Shown piece after piece: positions 1 through 15,000 of a DNA stretch of 58,565 nucleotides. The notes beneath the pieces were generated by a model. It saw only the letters and a list, made by a program, of their open reading frames with translations. It was not told where the DNA came from and ran no database searches. The DNA is from Macrostomum lignano. Lineage: Eukaryota. How positions within the stretch are numbered: the stretch's first letter is position 1; every line of letters begins with the position of its first letter. A program made the translations under genes and the position numbers. The DNA lies in contig NIVC01002220.1 in NCBI GenBank assembly GCA_002269645.1, positions 1 through 58,565 on the forward strand, in the 5' to 3' direction.

Positions 1-3000
1 TTGTGTGTCACTGACACAGTCACCAATGCATCCTGGGTGTGCTGTGGTGTTCACTGACACAGTCACCAATGCATCCTGGTGTGTTGTTGGTGTGTCACTG
101 ACACAGTCACCAATGCATCCTGGGTGTGTTGTTGGTGTGTCACTGACACAGTCACCAATGCATCCTGGGTGTGTTGTTGTGTGTCACTGACACAGTCACC
201 AATGCATCCTGGTGTGTTGTTGGTGTGTCACTGACACAGTCACCAATGCATCCTGGGTGTGTTGTTGGTGTGTCACTGACACAGTCACCAATGCATCCTG
301 GGTTGCTGTTGGTGTGTCACTGACACAGTCACCAATGCATCCTGGGTGTGTTGTTGGTGTCACTGACACAGTCACCAATGCATCCTGGTGTGTTGTTGGT
401 GTGTCACTGACACAGGTCACCAATGCATCCTGGGTGTGTTGTTGGTGTGCACTGACACAGTCACCAAGCATCCTGGTGTGTTGTTGTGTGTCACTGACAC
501 AGTCACCAACAATCCTGGGTGTTGTTGGTGTGTCACTGACACAGTCACCAATGCATCCTGGTGTGTTGTTGGTGTGTCACTGACACAGTCACCAATGCAT
601 CCTGGGTGTGTTGTTGGTGTGTCACTGACACAGTCACCACTACATCCTGGTTTGTTGGTGTGTCACTGACACAGTCACCACTGCATCCTGGTGTGTTTTG
701 TGGTGTCACTGACACAGTCACCATACATCCTGGTGTGTGTGTTGGTGTGTCACTGACACAGTCACCAACTGCATCCTGGATGTGTTGTTGGTGTGTCACT
801 GACACAGTCACCACTACATCCTGGATGTGTGTGTGGTGTGCACTGACACAGTCACCAATGCATCCTGGGTGTGTTGTTGGTGTGTCACTGACACAGTCAC
901 CAATGCATCCTGGTGTGTTGTTGGTGTGTCACTGACACAGTCACCAATACATCCTGTGGTTGTTGGTGTTCACTGACACAGTCACCAACATCCTGGATGT
1001 GTTGTTGGTGTGTCACTGACACAGTCACCAATGCATCCTGGGTGTGTTGTTGGTGTGTCACTGACACAGTCACCAAATGCATCCTGGTGTGTTGGTGTGT
1101 CACTGACACAGTCACCAATGCATCCTGGGTGTGTTGTTGGTGTGTCACTGACACAGTCACCAATGCATCCTGGTGTGTGTTGGTGTGTCACTGACACAGT
1201 CACCAATGCATCCTGGGTGTGTTGTTGGTGTGTCACTGACACAGTCACCAATGCATCCTGGTGTGTGTTGGCAGTCTGACACATCACCAATGCATCCTGG
1301 GTGTGTTGTTGGTGTGTCACTGACACAGTCACCAATGCATCCTGGTGTGTTGTGGTGTCACTGACACAGTCACCAATGCATCCTGGGTGTGTTGTTGGTG
1401 TGTCACTGACACAGTCACCAATGCATCCTGGGTGTGTTGTTGTGTGTCACTGACACAGTCACCAATGCATCCTGGTGTGTTGTTGGTGTGTCACTGACAC
1501 AGTCACCAATGCATCCTGGGTGTGTTGTTGGTGTGTCACTGACACAGTCACCAATGCATCCTGGGTGTGTTGTTGGTGTGTCACTGACACAGTCACCAAT
1601 GCATCCTGGGTGTGTTGTTGGTGTGTCACTGACACAGTCACCAATGCATCCTGGGTGTGTTGTTGGTGTGTCACTGACACAGTCACCAATGCATCCTGGT
1701 GTGTTGTTGGTGTGTCACTGACACAGTCACCAATGCATCCTGGTGTGTGTTGGTGTGTCACTGACACAGTCACCAATGCATCCTGTGTGTGTTGTGTGTC
1801 ACTGACACAGTCACCAATGCATCCTGGGTGTGTTGTTGGTGTGTCACTGACACAGTCACCAATACATCCTGGTGTGTTGTTGGTGTGTCACTGACACAGT
1901 CACCAATGCATCCTGGTGTGTGTTGGTGTGTCACTGACACAGTCACCAATGCATCCTGGGTGTGTTGTTGTGTGTCACTGACACAGTCACCAATGCATCC
2001 TGGGTGTGTTGTTGGTGTGTCACTGACACAGTCACCAATGCATCCTGGGTGTGTGTTGGTGTGTCACTGACACAGTCACCAATGCATCCTGGGTGTGTTG
2101 TTGGTGTGTCACTGACACAGTCACCAATGCATCCTGGATGTGTTGTTGGTGTGTCACTGACACAGTCACCAATGCATCCTGGGTGTGTGTTGGTGTGTCA
2201 CTGACACAGTCACCAATGCATCCTGGGTGTGTTGTTGGTGTGTCACTGACACAGTCACCAATGCATCCTGGGTGTTGTTGGTGTGTCACTGACACAGTCA
2301 CCAATGCATCCTGGGTGTTGTGTTGGTGTGTCACTGACACAGTCACCAATGCATCCTGGTGTGTTGTTGTGTGTCACTGACACAGTCACCAATGCATCCT
2401 GGTGTGTTGTTGGTGTGTCACTGACACAGTCACCAATGCATCCTGGGTGTGTTGGTGTGTCACTGACACAGTCACCAATGCATCCTGGGTGTGTTGTTGG
2501 TGTGTCACTGACACAGTCACCAATGCATCCTGGGTGTGTTGTTGTGTGTCACTGACACAGTCACCAATGCATCCTGGGTGTGTGTTGGTGTGTCACTGAC
2601 ACAGTCACCAATGCATCCTGGGTGTGTTGTTGGTGTGTCACTGACACAGTCACCAATGCATCCTGGTGTGTTGTTGGTGTGTCACTGACACAGTCACCAA
2701 TGCATCCTGGTGTGTTGTTGGTGTGTCACTGACACAGTCACCAATGCATCCTGGGTGTGTGTTGGTGTGTCACTGACACAGTCACCAATGCATCCTGGTG
2801 TGTTGTTGGTGTGTCACTGACACAGTCACCAATGCATCCTGGGTGTGTTGTTGGTGTGTCACTGACACAGTCACCAATGCATCCTGGGTGTGTTGTTGGT
2901 GTGTCACTGACACAGTCACCAATGCATCCTGGGTGTGTTGTTGGTGTGTCACTGACACAGTCACCAATGCATCCTGGTGTGTTGTTGGTGTGTCACTGAC

Positions 3001-6000
3001 ACAGTCACCAATGCATCCTGGGTGTGTTGTTGGTGTGTCACTGACACAGTCACCAATGCATCCTGGGTGTGTTGTTGGTGTGTCACTGACACAGTCACCA
3101 ATGCATCCTGGGTGTGTTGTTGGTGTGTCACTGACACAGTCACCAATGCATCCTGGGTGTGTGTTGGTGTGTCACTGACACAGTCACCAATGCATCCTGG
3201 GTGTGTTGTTGGTGTGTCACTGACACAGTCACCAATGCATCCTGGGTGTGTTGTTGGTGTGTCACTGACACAGTCACCAATGCATCCTGGGTGTGTTGTT
3301 GGTGTGTCACTGACACAGTCACCAATGCATCCTGGGTGTGTGTTGGTGTGTCACTGACACAGTCACCAATGCATCCTGGGTGTGTTGTTGGTGTGTCACT
3401 GACACAGTCACCAATGCATCCTGGGTGTGTTGTTGGTGTGTCACTGACACAGTCACCAATGCATCCTGGGTGTGTTGTTGGTGTGTCACTGACACAGTCA
3501 CCAATGCATCCTGGTGTGTTGTTGGTGTGTCACTGACACAGTCACCAATGCATCCTGGGTGTGTTGTTGGTGTGTCACTGACACAGTCACCAATGCATCC
3601 TGGGTGTGTTGTTGGTGTGTCACTGACACAGTCACCAATGCATCCTGGGTGTGTTGTTGGTGTGTCACTGACACAGTCACCAATGCATCCTGGGTGTGTT
3701 GTTGGTGTGTCACTGACACAGTCACCAATGCATCCTGGGTGTGTGTTGGTGTGTCACTGACACAGTCACCAATGCATCCTGGGTGTGTTGTTGGTGTGTC
3801 ACTGACACAGTCACCAATGCATCCTGGGTGTGTTGTTGGTGTGTCACTGACACAGTCACCAATGCATCCTGGGTGTGTTGTTGGTGTGTCACTGACACAG
3901 TCACCAATGCATCCTGGGTGTGTTGTTGGTGTGTCACTGACACAGTCACCAATGCATCCTGGGTGTGTTGTTGGTGTGTCACTGACACAGTCACCAATGC
4001 ATCCTGGGTGTGTTGTTGGTGTGTCACTGACACAGTCACCAATGCATCCTGGGTGTGTTGTTGGTGTGTCACTGACACAGTCACCAATGCATCCTGGGTG
4101 TGTTGTTGGTGTGTCACTGACACAGTCACCAATGCATCCTGGTGTGTTGTTGGTGTGTCACTGACACAGTCACCAATGCATCCTGGGTGTGTTGTTGGTG
4201 TGTCACTGACACAGTCACCAATGCATCCTGGTGTGTTGTTGGTGTGTCACTGACACAGTCACCAATGCATCCTGGGTGTGTTGTTGGTGTGTCACTGACA
4301 CAGTCACCAATGCATCCTGGGTGTGTTGTTGGTGTGTCACTGACACAGTCACCAATGCATCCTGGGTGTGTTGTTGGTGTGTCACTGACACAGTCACCAA
4401 TGCATCCTGGGTGTGTTGTTGGTGTGTCACTGACACAGTCACCAATGCATCCTGGTGTGTTGTTGGTGTGTCACTGACACAGTCACCAATGCATCCTGGG
4501 TGTGTTGTTGGTGTGTCACTGACACAGTCACCAATGCATCCTGGGTGTGTTGTTGGTGTGTCACTGACACAGTCACCAATGCATCCTGGGTGTGTTGTTG
4601 GTGTGTCACTGACACAGTCACCAATGCATCCTGGGTGTGTTGTTGGTGTGTCACTGACACAGTCACCAATGCATCCTGGGTGTGTTGTTGGTGTGTCACT
4701 GACACAGTCACCAATGCATCCTGGGTGTGTTGTTGGTGTGTCACTGACACAGTCACCAATGCATCCTGGGTGTGTTGTTGGTGTGTCACTGACACAGTCA
4801 CCAATGCATCCTGGGTGTGTTGTTGGTGTGTCACTGACACAGTCACCAATGCATCCTGGGTGTGTTGTTGGTGTGTCACTGACACAGTCACCAATGCATC
4901 CTGGGTGTGTTGTTGGTGTGTCACTGACACAGTCACCAATGCATCCTGGGTGTGTTGTTGGTGTGTCACTGACACAGTCACCAATGCATCCTGGGTGTGT
5001 TGTTGGTGTGTCACTGACACAGTCACCAATGCATCCTGGGTGTGTTGTTGGTGTGTCACTGACACAGTCACCAATGCATCCTGGGTGTGTTGTTGGTGTG
5101 TCACTGACACAGTCACCAATGCATCCTGGGTGTGTTGTTGGTGTGTCACTGACACAGTCACCAATGCATCCTGGGTGTGTTGTTGGTGTGTCACTGACAC
5201 AGTCACCAATGCATCCTGGGTGTGTTGTTGGTGTGTCACTGACACAGTCACCAATGCATCCTGGGTGTGTTGTTGGTGTGTCACTGACACAGTCACCAAT
5301 GCATCCTGGTGTGTTGTTGGTGTGTCACTGACACAGTCACCAATGCATCCTGGGTGTGTTGTTGGTGTGTCACTGACACAGTCACCAATGCATCCTGGGT
5401 GTGTTGTTGGTGTGTCACTGACACAGTCACCAATGCATCCTGGTGTGTTGTTGGTGTGTCACTGACACAGTCACCAATGCATCCTGGGTGTGTTGTTGGT
5501 GTGTCACTGACACAGTCACCAATGCATCCTGGGTGTGTTGTTGGTGTGTCACTGACACAGTCACCAATGCATCCTGGGTGTGTTGTTGGTGTGTCACTGA
5601 CACAGTCACCAATGCATCCTGGGTGTGTTGTTGGTGTGTCACTGACACAGTCACCAATGCATCCTGGGTGTGTTGTTGGTGTGTCACTGACACAGTCACC
5701 AATGCATCCTGGTGTGTTGTTGGTGTGTCACTGACACAGTCACCAATGCATCCTGGGTGTGTTGTTGGTGTGTCACTGACACAGTCACCAATGCATCCTG
5801 GGTGTGTTGTTGGTGTGTCACTGACACAGTCACCAATGCATCCTGGGTGTGTTGTTGGTGTGTCACTGACACAGTCACCAATGCATCCTGGTGTGTTGTT
5901 GGTGTGTCACTGACACAGTCACCAATGCATCCTGGGTGTGTTGTTGGTGTGTCACTGACACAGTCACCAATGCATCCTGGGTGTGTTGTTGGTGTGTCAC

Positions 6001-9000
6001 TGACACAGTCACCAATGCATCCTGGGTGTGTTGTTGGTGTGTCACTGACACAGTCACCAATGCATCCTGGGTGTGTTGTTGGTGTGTCACTGACACAGTC
6101 ACCAATGCATCCTGGGTGTGTTGTTGGTGTGTCACTGACACAGTCACCAATGCATCCTGGTGTGTTGTTGGTGTGTCACTGACACAGTCACCAATGCATC
6201 CTGGGTGTGTTGTTGGTGTGTCACTGACACAGTCACCAATGCATCCTGGTGTGTTGTTGGTGTGTCACTGACACAGTCACCAATGCATCCTGGGTGTGTT
6301 GTTGGTGTGTCACTGACACAGTCACCAATGCATCCTGGGTGTGTTGTTGGTGTGTCACTGACACAGTCACCAATGCATCCTGGGTGTGTTGTTGGTGTGT
6401 CACTGACACAGTCACCAATGCATCCTGGGTGTGTTGTTGGTGTGTCACTGACACAGTCACCAATGCATCCTGGGTGTGTTGTTGGTGTGTCACTGACACA
6501 GTCACCAATGCATCCTGGGTGTGTTGTTGGTGTGTCACTGACACAGTCACCAATGCATCCTGGGTGTGTTGTTGGTGTGTCACTGACACAGTCACCAATG
6601 CATCCTGGGTGTGTTGTTGGTGTGTCACTGACACAGTCACCAATGCATCCTGGGTGTGTTGTTGGTGTGTCACTGACACAGTCACCAATGCATCCTGGGT
6701 GTGTTGTTGGTGTGTCACTGACACAGTCACCAATGCATCCTGGGTGTGTTGTTGGTGTGTCACTGACACAGTCACCAATGCATCCTGGGTGTGTTGTTGG
6801 TGTGTCACTGACACAGTCACCAATGCATCCTGGGTGTGTTGTTGGTGTGTCACTGACACAGTCACCAATGCATCCTGGGTGTGTTGTTGGTGTGTCACTG
6901 ACACAGTCACCAATGCATCCTGGGTGTGTTGTTGGTGTGTCACTGACACAGTCACCAATGCATCCTGGGTGTGTTGTTGGTGTGTCACTGACACAGTCAC
7001 CAATGCATCCTGGGTGTGTTGTTGGTGTGTCACTGACACAGTCACCAATGCATCCTGGGTGTGTTGTTGGTGTGTCACTGACACAGTCACCAATGCATCC
7101 TGGGTGTGTTGTTGGTGTGTCACTGACACAGTCACCAATGCATCCTGGGTGTGTTGTTGGTGTGTCACTGACACAGTCACCAATGCATCCTGGGTGTGTT
7201 GTTGGTGTGTCACTGACACAGTCACCAATGCATCCTGGTGTGTTGTTGGTGTGTCACTGACACAGTCACCAATGCATCCTGGGTGTGTTGTTGGTGTGTC
7301 ACTGACACAGTCACCAATGCATCCTGGGTGTGTTGTTGGTGTGTCACTGACACAGTCACCAATGCATCCTGGGTGTGTTGTTGGTGTGTCACTGACACAG
7401 TCACCAATGCATCCTGGGTGTGTTGTTGGTGTGTCACTGACACAGTCACCAATGCATCCTGGGTGTGTTGTTGGTGTGTCACTGACACAGTCACCAATGC
7501 ATCCTGGTGTGTTGTTGGTGTGTCACTGACACAGTCACCAATGCATCCTGGTGTGTTGTTGGTGTGTCACTGACACAGTCACCAATGCATCCTGGGTGTG
7601 TTGTTGGTGTGTCACTGACACAGTCACCAATGCATCCTGGTGTGTTGTTGGTGTGTCACTGACACAGTCACCAATGCATCCTGGGTGTGTTGTTGGTGTG
7701 TCACTGACACAGTCACCAATGCATCCTGGGTGTGTTGTTGGTGTGTCACTGACACAGTCACCAATGCATCCTGGTGTGTTGTTGGTGTGTCACTGACACA
7801 GTCACCAATGCATCCTGGGTGTGTTGTTGGTGTGTCACTGACACAGTCACCAATGCATCCTGGGTGTGTTGTTGGTGTGTCACTGACACAGTCACCAATG
7901 CATCCTGGGTGTGTTGTTGGTGTGTCACTGACACAGTCACCAATGCATCCTGGGTGTGTTGTTGGTGTGTCACTGACACAGTCACCAATGCATCCTGGGT
8001 GTGTTGTTGGTGTGTCACTGACACAGTCACCAATGCATCCTGGGTGTGTTGTTGGTGTGTCACTGACACAGTCACCAATGCATCCTGGGTGTGTTGTTGG
8101 TGTGTCACTGACACAGTCACCAATGCATCCTGGGTGTGTTGTTGGTGTGTCACTGACACAGTCACCAATGCATCCTGGGTGTGTTGTTGGTGTGTCACTG
8201 ACACAGTCACCAATGCATCCTGGGTGTGTTGTTGGTGTGTCACTGACACAGTCACCAATGCATCCTGGGTGTGTTGTTGGTGTGTCACTGACACAGTCAC
8301 CAATGCATCCTGGGTGTGTTGTTGGTGTGTCACTGACACAGTCACCAATGCATCCTGGGTGTGTTGTTGGTGTGTCACTGACACAGTCACCAATGCATCC
8401 TGGTGTGTTGTTGGTGTGTCACTGACACAGTCACCAATGCATCCTGGTGTGTTGTTGGTGTGTCACTGACACAGTCACCAATGCATCCTGGGTGTGTTGT
8501 TGGTGTGTCACTGACACAGTCACCAATGCATCCTGGGTGTGTTGTTGGTGTGTCACTGACACAGTCACCAATGCATCCTGGGTGTGTTGTTGGTGTGTCA
8601 CTGACACAGTCACCAATGCATCCTGGGTGTGTTGTTGGTGTGTCACTGACACAGTCACCAATGCATCCTGGGTGTGTTGTTGGTGTGTCACTGACACAGT
8701 CACCAATGCATCCTGGGTGTGTTGTTGGTGTGTCACTGACACAGTCACCAATGCATCCTGGGTGTGTTGTTGGTGTGTCACTGACACAGTCACCAATGCA
8801 TCCTGGGTGTGTTGTTGGTGTGTCACTGACACAGTCACCAATGCATCCTGGGTGTGTTGTTGGTGTGTCACTGACACAGTCACCAATGCATCCTGGTGTG
8901 TTGTTGGTGTGTCACTGACACAGTCACCAATGCATCCTGGGTGTGTTGTTGGTGTGTCACTGACACAGTCACCAATGCATCCTGGGTGTGTTGTTGGTGT

Positions 9001-12000
9001 GTCACTGACACAGTCACCAATGCATCCTGGGTGTGTTGTTGGTGTGTCACTGACACAGTCACCAATGCATCCTGGGTGTGTTGTTGGTGTGTCACTGACA
9101 CAGTCACCAATGCATCCTGGGTGTGTTGTTGGTGTGTCACTGACACAGTCACCAATGCATCCTGGGTGTGTTGTTGGTGTGTCACTGACACAGTCACCAA
9201 TGCATCCTGGGTGTGTTGTTGGTGTGTCACTGACACAGTCACCAATGCATCCTGGGTGTGTTGTTGGTGTGTCACTGACACAGTCACCAATGCATCCTGG
9301 GTGTGTTGTTGGTGTGTCACTGACACAGTCACCAATGCATCCTGGGTGTGTTGTTGGTGTGTCACTGACACAGTCACCAATGCATCCTGGGTGTGTTGTT
9401 GGTGTGTCACTGACACAGTCACCAATGCATCCTGGGTGTGTTGTTGGTGTGTCACTGACACAGTCACCAATGCATCCTGGGTGTGTTGTTGGTGTGTCAC
9501 TGACACAGTCACCAATGCATCCTGGGTGTGTTGTTGGTGTGTCACTGACACAGTCACCAATGCATCCTGGGTGTGTTGTTGGTGTGTCACTGACACAGTC
9601 ACCAATGCATCCTGGGTGTGTTGTTGGTGTGTCACTGACACAGTCACCAATGCATCCTGGGTGTGTTGTTGGTGTGTCACTGACACAGTCACCAATGCAT
9701 CCTGGGTGTGTTGTTGGTGTGTCACTGACACAGTCACCAATGCATCCTGGGTGTGTTGTTGGTGTGTCACTGACACAGTCACCAATGCATCCTGGTGTGT
9801 TGTTGGTGTGTCACTGACACAGTCACCAATGCATCCTGGTGTGTTGTTGGTGTGTCACTGACACAGTCACCAATGCATCCTGGTGTGTTGTTGGTGTGTC
9901 ACTGACACAGTCACCAATGCATCCTGGGTGTGTTGTTGGTGTGTCACTGACACAGTCACCAATGCATCCTGGGTGTGTTGTTGGTGTGTCACTGACACAG
10001 TCACCAATGCATCCTGGGTGTGTTGTTGGTGTGTCACTGACACAGTCACCAATGCATCCTGGGTGTGTTGTTGGTGTGTCACTGACACAGTCACCAATGC
10101 ATCCTGGGTGTGTTGTTGGTGTGTCACTGACACAGTCACCAATGCATCCTGGGTGTGTTGTTGGTGTGTCACTGACACAGTCACCAATGCATCCTGGGTG
10201 TGTTGTTGGTGTGTCACTGACACAGTCACCAATGCATCCTGGGTGTGTTGTTGGTGTGTCACTGACACAGTCACCAATGCATCCTGGGTGTGTTGTTGGT
10301 GTGTCACTGACACAGTCACCAATGCATCCTGGGTGTGTTGTTGGTGTGTCACTGACACAGTCACCAATGCATCCTGGGTGTGTTGTTGGTGTGTCACTGA
10401 CACAGTCACCAATGCATCCTGGGTGTGTTGTTGGTGTGTCACTGACACAGTCACCAATGCATCCTGGTGTGTTGTTGGTGTGTCACTGACACAGTCACCA
10501 ATGCATCCTGGGTGTGTTGTTGGTGTGTCACTGACACAGTCACCAATGCATCCTGGGTGTGTTGTTGGTGTGTCACTGACACAGTCACCAATGCATCCTG
10601 GGTGTGTTGTTGGTGTGTCACTGACACAGTCACCAATGCATCCTGGGTGTGTTGTTGGTGTGTCACTGACACAGTCACCAATGCATCCTGGGTGTGTTGT
10701 TGGTGTGTCACTGACACAGTCACCAATGCATCCTGGGTGTGTTGTTGGTGTGTCACTGACACAGTCACCAATGCATCCTGGGTGTGTTGTTGGTGTGTCA
10801 CTGACACAGTCACCAATGCATCCTGGGTGTGTTGTTGGTGTGTCACTGACACAGTCACCAATGCATCCTGGGTGTGTTGTTGGTGTGTCACTGACACAGT
10901 CACCAATGCATCCTGGTGTGTTGTTGGTGTGTCACTGACACAGTCACCAATGCATCCTGGTGTGTTGTTGGTGTGTCACTGACACAGTCACCAATGCATC
11001 CTGGGTGTGTTGTTGGTGTGTCACTGACACAGTCACCAATGCATCCTGGGTGTGTTGTTGGTGTGTCACTGACACAGTCACCAATGCATCCTGGGTGTGT
11101 TGTTGGTGTGTCACTGACACAGTCACCAATGCATCCTGGGTGTGTTGTTGGTGTGTCACTGACACAGTCACCAATGCATCCTGGGTGTGTTGTTGGTGTG
11201 TCACTGACACAGTCACCAATGCATCCTGGGTGTGTTGTTGGTGTGTCACTGACACAGTCACCAATGCATCCTGGGTGTGTTGTTGGTGTGTCACTGACAC
11301 AGTCACCAATGCATCCTGGGTGTGTTGTTGGTGTGTCACTGACACAGTCACCAATGCATCCTGGTGTGTTGTTGGTGTGTCACTGACACAGTCACCAATG
11401 CATCCTGGTGTGTTGTTGGTGTGTCACTGACACAGTCACCAATGCATCCTGGGTGTGTTGTTGGTGTGTCACTGACACAGTCACCAATGCATCCTGGTGT
11501 GTTGTTGGTGTGTCACTGACACAGTCACCAATGCATCCTGGGTGTGTTGTTGGTGTGTCACTGACACAGTCACCAATGCATCCTGGGTGTGTTGTTGGTG
11601 TGTCACTGACACAGTCACCAATGCATCCTGGGTGTGTTGTTGGTGTGTCACTGACACAGTCACCAATGCATCCTGGGTGTGTTGTTGGTGTGTCACTGAC
11701 ACAGTCACCAATGCATCCTGGGTGTGTTGTTGGTGTGTCACTGACACAGTCACCAATGCATCCTGGGTGTGTTGTTGGTGTGTCACTGACACAGTCACCA
11801 ATGCATCCTGGGTGTGTTGTTGGTGTGTCACTGACACAGTCACCAATGCATCCTGGGTGTGTTGTTGGTGTGTCACTGACACAGTCACCAATGCATCCTG
11901 GGTGTGTTGTTGGTGTGTCACTGACACAGTCACCAATGCATCCTGGTGTGTTGTTGGTGTGTCACTGACACAGTCACCAATGCATCCTGGGTGTGTTGTT

Positions 12001-15000
12001 GGTGTGTCACTGACACAGTCACCAATGCATCCTGGGTGTGTTGTTGGTGTGTCACTGACACAGTCACCAATGCATCCTGGTGTGTTGTTGGTGTGTCACT
12101 GACACAGTCACCAATGCATCCTGGTGTGTTGTTGGTGTGTCACTGACACAGTCACCAATGCATCCTGGGTGTGTTGTTGGTGTGTCACTGACACAGTCAC
12201 CAATGCATCCTGGGTGTGTTGTTGGTGTGTCACTGACACAGTCACCAATGCATCCTGGTGTGTTGTTGGTGTGTCACTGACACAGTCACCAATGCATCCT
12301 GGTGTGTTGTTGGTGTGTCACTGACACAGTCACCAATGCATCCTGGTGTGTTGTTGGTGTGTCACTGACACAGTCACCAATGCATCCTGGTGTGTTGTTG
12401 GTGTGTCACTGACACAGTCACCAATGCATCCTGGGTGTGTTGTTGGTGTGTCACTGACACAGTCACCAATGCATCCTGGGTGTGTTGTTGGTGTGTCACT
12501 GACACAGTCACCAATGCATCCTGGGTGTGTTGTTGGTGTGTCACTGACACAGTCACCAATGCATCCTGGGTGTGTTGTTGGTGTGTCACTGACACAGTCA
12601 CCAATGCATCCTGGGTGTGTTGTTGGTGTGTCACTGACACAGTCACCAATGCATCCTGGGTGTGTTGTTGGTGTGTCACTGACACAGTCACCAATGCATC
12701 CTGGGTGTGTTGTTGGTGTGTCACTGACACAGTCACCAATGCATCCTGGGTGTGTTGTTGGTGTGTCACTGACACAGTCACCAATGCATCCTGGGTGTGT
12801 TGTTGGTGTGTCACTGACACAGTCACCAATGCATCCTGGGTGTGTTGTTGGTGTGTCACTGACACAGTCACCAATGCATCCTGGGTGTGTTGTTGGTGTG
12901 TCACTGACACAGTCACCAATGCATCCTGGTGTGTTGTTGGTGTGTCACTGACACAGTCACCAATGCATCCTGGGTGTGTTGTTGGTGTGTCACTGACACA
13001 GTCACCAATGCATCCTGGGTGTGTTGTTGGTGTGTCACTGACACAGTCACCAATGCATCCTGGGTGTGTTGTTGGTGTGTCACTGACACAGTCACCAATG
13101 CATCCTGGTGTGTTGTTGGTGTGTCACTGACACAGTCACCAATGCATCCTGGGTGTGTTGTTGGTGTGTCACTGACACAGTCACCAATGCATCCTGGGTG
13201 TGTTGTTGGTGTGTCACTGACACAGTCACCAATGCATCCTGGGTGTGTTGTTGGTGTGTCACTGACACAGTCACCAATGCATCCTGGGTGTGTTGTTGGT
13301 GTGTCACTGACACAGTCACCAATGCATCCTGGGTGTGTTGTTGGTGTGTCACTGACACAGTCACCAATGCATCCTGGGTGTGTTGTTGGTGTGTCACTGA
13401 CACAGTCACCAATGCATCCTGGGTGTGTTGTTGGTGTGTCACTGACACAGTCACCAATGCATCCTGGGTGTGTTGTTGGTGTGTCACTGACACAGTCACC
13501 AATGCATCCTGGGTGTGTTGTTGGTGTGTCACTGACACAGTCACCAATGCATCCTGGGTGTGTTGTTGGTGTGTCACTGACACAGTCACCAATGCATCCT
13601 GGGTGTGTTGTTGGTGTGTCACTGACACAGTCACCAATGCATCCTGGGTGTGTTGTTGGTGTGTCACTGACACAGTCACCAATGCATCCTGGGTGTGTTG
13701 TTGGTGTGTCACTGACACAGTCACCAATGCATCCTGGGTGTGTTGTTGGTGTGTCACTGACACAGTCACCAATGCATCCTGGGTGTGTTGTTGGTGTGTC
13801 ACTGACACAGTCACCAATGCATCCTGGTGTGTTGTTGGTGTGTCACTGACACAGTCACCAATGCATCCTGGTGTGTTGTTGGTGTGTCACTGACACAGTC
13901 ACCAATGCATCCTGGGTGTGTTGTTGGTGTGTCACTGACACAGTCACCAATGCATCCTGGGTGTGTTGTTGGTGTGTCACTGACACAGTCACCAATGCAT
14001 CCTGGGTGTGTTGTTGGTGTGTCACTGACACAGTCACCAATGCATCCTGGTGTGTTGTTGGTGTGTCACTGACACAGTCACCAATGCATCCTGGGTGTGT
14101 TGTTGGTGTGTCACTGACACAGTCACCAATGCATCCTGGGTGTGTTGTTGGTGTGTCACTGACACAGTCACCAATGCATCCTGGGTGTGTTGTTGGTGTG
14201 TCACTGACACAGTCACCAATGCATCCTGGGTGTGTTGTTGGTGTGTCACTGACACAGTCACCAATGCATCCTGGGTGTGTTGTTGGTGTGTCACTGACAC
14301 AGTCACCAATGCATCCTGGGTGTGTTGTTGGTGTGTCACTGACACAGTCACCAATGCATCCTGGGTGTGTTGTTGGTGTGTCACTGACACAGTCACCAAT
14401 GCATCCTGGGTGTGTTGTTGGTGTGTCACTGACACAGTCACCAATGCATCCTGGGTGTGTTGTTGGTGTGTCACTGACACAGTCACCAATGCATCCTGGG
14501 TGTGTTGTTGGTGTGTCACTGACACAGTCACCAATGCATCCTGGTGTGTTGTTGGTGTGTCACTGACACAGTCACCAATGCATCCTGGGTGTGTTGTTGG
14601 TGTGTCACTGACACAGTCACCAATGCATCCTGGGTGTGTTGTTGGTGTGTCACTGACACAGTCACCAATGCATCCTGGGTGTGTTGTTGGTGTGTCACTG
14701 ACACAGTCACCAATGCATCCTGGGTGTGTTGTTGGTGTGTCACTGACACAGTCACCAATGCATCCTGGGTGTGTTGTTGGTGTGTCACTGACACAGTCAC
14801 CAATGCATCCTGGGTGTGTTGTTGGTGTGTCACTGACACAGTCACCAATGCATCCTGGTGTGTTGTTGGTGTGTCACTGACACAGTCACCAATGCATCCT
14901 GGTGTGTTGTTGGTGTGTCACTGACACAGTCACCAATGCATCCTGGGTGTGTTGTTGGTGTGTCACTGACACAGTCACCAATGCATCCTGGTGTGTTGTT

